From a virus (Duplodnaviria > Caudoviricetes), in the IMG/VR virus record IMGVR_UViG_3300011335_000433, positions 1 through 53,208 of that record: a DNA stretch of 53,208 nucleotides, one strand, 5' to 3'. A program made the position numbers and the translations under genes. The notes below the pieces were generated by a model. The model was not told the origin of the DNA, searched no databases, and saw nothing but the letters and a program-made list of their open reading frames with translations. How positions within the stretch are numbered: the stretch's first letter is position 1; the number at the start of each line of letters is the position of its first letter. Positions 52,185-53,208 of this stretch are shown here, piece by piece.

Positions 52185-52639
52185 TTGTCTGTCTTTCCAT
52201 ATTTTGCAATGAGTGCGGCATCGGCCAGTGCTTGGCCCTTGCCTTTTTTGTCCAGGTCGCGCCAGTGCGGCCAGATCTGAATGGCTTTGGATCGAGCTTC
52301 GTCCTTGTCCTTGAGGGTCAATCCAGCCCTTTTTTTCCATGACTGAGGGGTCACCATGGTCACGGGTATTTCAAGGGCTCCCAGGACGCCTGAAACGCTC
52401 CCGCAGGCATGGCCAAAGGTGTACATGCTGGTCACCCCCTGCCCAGGTCTTGCGCCGGTCAATTCCATGAATGCCTCGGTTAAACCGCACTGCTTGATCC
52501 AACTGGCCAGAGCGGCACAGTTGACCCGGTTGTGGGAGCCCACGGCGTAGGTGGGCATTTCCATCCATTCGATGGGCTGGTCGTCTTCCAGCATTACCAA
52601 TGCCCCGGTTAAACCGGGATCGATGCCAAGTATTCTCAT
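52181..52639 (-). CDS. RuvC-like Holliday junction resolvase
   Basis: ILGIDPG, FME, VTPQSWKK, ADAALIA. Confidence 0.85.
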   Translation of the reverse strand: MRILGIDPGLTGALVMLEDDQPIEWMEMPTYAVGSHNRVNCAALASWIKQCGLTEAFMELTGARPGQGVTSMYTFGHACGSVSGVLGALEIPVTMVTPQSWKKRAGLTLKDKDEARSKAIQIWPHWRDLDKKGKGQALADAALIAKYGKTDK

Positions 52640-52788
52640 GCGGCACCTCGCATTTCCCAGCCAGCCAAGAAATAGTTCCACCGGGTTTGCATGTTGGGGT
52701 TGACGTACCTGCCCTTCTCCATTTTGAAGTCGTCGTCTGTGAACCCCTTGGAGCGCATCAGTGCGTGGAAAACTTGTCGTGCTTTCAT
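52636..52788 (-). CDS. 50-aa hypothetical protein
   Basis: AAGGAG RBS; MKARQVFHALM...RWNYFLAGWEMRGAA; ATGA coupling. Confidence 0.7.
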   Translation of the reverse strand: MKARQVFHALMRSKGFTDDDFKMEKGRYVNPNMQTRWNYFLAGWEMRGAA

Positions 52789-52802
52789 GTGTTCTCCTTT
52801 TG

Positions 52803-52931
52803 TTATTGCGGTTTTTTATCTTCATCAAACGACATATCTGGTGGGTGCGGTATGTCATCGTGAACAATTACCCCAAACTCATCTGCAAGAAGTAGTTTTT
52901 TGCAAATTAAACAGTAATATCCTTTATTCAT
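52803..52931 (-). CDS. 42-aa CxxC microprotein
   Basis: MNKGYYCLICKK...; AAGGA RBS. Confidence 0.55.
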   Translation of the reverse strand: MNKGYYCLICKKLLLADEFGVIVHDDIPHPPDMSFDEDKKPQ

Positions 52932-53085
52932 TTTTATCCTTTTTAATTGGTTCACTCACAATGCGTCCACAAATCTTGCAATCTCTATGAAAGTAGCCGT
53001 CATAAATCCAACCACTACGCGCCCCAAGATGGCCTGTCTTTTCGCAAAGCCACATTCCAAATCTGTATAACCAAGGTTGACTCAT
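52924..53085 (-). CDS. 53-aa protein with C-x3-GH...CxxC motif
   Basis: WLCEKTGH...DCKICGR; AAGGAG RBS. Confidence 0.6.
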   Translation of the reverse strand: MSQPWLYRFGMWLCEKTGHLGARSGWIYDGYFHRDCKICGRIVSEPIKKDKNE

Positions 53086-53208
53086 GTGTTCTCCTTCAAT
53101 TGATAATCTTTAAAAACATTTCCTTTGCTTGCATCGCCTTTCCAGCACTCTCTGACCCACCCCTTTGCGCCCGACTTGTAGGTGCGCCAATGACCTCTGA
53201 CTTGATGC
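53082..53208 (-). CDS. 3' part of a 46-aa ORF that starts at position 14 and spans the circular junction
   Basis: Joined reading MNRLEHQVRGHWRTYKSGAKGWVRECWKGDASKGNVFKDYQLKENT; ATGA overlaps at both ends. Confidence 0.65.
   Translation of the reverse strand, partial: HQVRGHWRTYKSGAKGWVRECWKGDASKGNVFKDYQLKENT

Noticed and set aside
1-53208. Integrated prophage, or alternative genetic code
   Set aside because: No integrase, att-flanking host genes or CI repressor seen; standard-code ORFs tile the sequence without fragmentation

Overview
The window looks like an essentially complete, circularly permuted 53.2-kb genome of a tailed dsDNA phage: an ORF reads in frame across the 1/53208 junction. 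It is probably a podovirus-type phage (P22-like portal and tail-stabilisation genes, predicted ejection proteins, no tape measure). A proteobacterial, possibly freshwater betaproteobacterial, host is inferred only. Nearly all genes are on the minus strand. In transcription order they are: small early genes, RuvC-like resolvase, terminase small and large subunits, three large enzyme-like genes, portal, GroES-like protein, scaffold, capsid, small basic proteins, head-tail adaptor, tail fibres, lysis genes, tail and ejection proteins. A divergent promoter pair at about 6.15 kb drives a Cro-like / ParB-like / SF2 helicase / Toprim primase arm (minus) and an SSB / exonuclease arm (plus). No integrase, CI repressor, DNA polymerase, tRNA or CRISPR array was recognised. 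The most unusual signals are: (1) a short [FYMLKH]-x-x-G-G-x-[VAIM] peptide tag repeated in about nine late proteins, sitting at the domain boundaries of ART-like, GNAT-like and Gp88-like proteins encoded between terminase and portal; (2) 14 exact copies of the palindrome GGTTWAACC scattered genome-wide (about 0.4 expected), one inside the lone ParB-like gene; (3) a promoter-driven, roughly 480-nt structured non-coding region after the primase; (4) duplicated promoter/leader/UUCG-hairpin cassettes bracketing early genes. All family assignments come from motif recognition by eye, not database searches.
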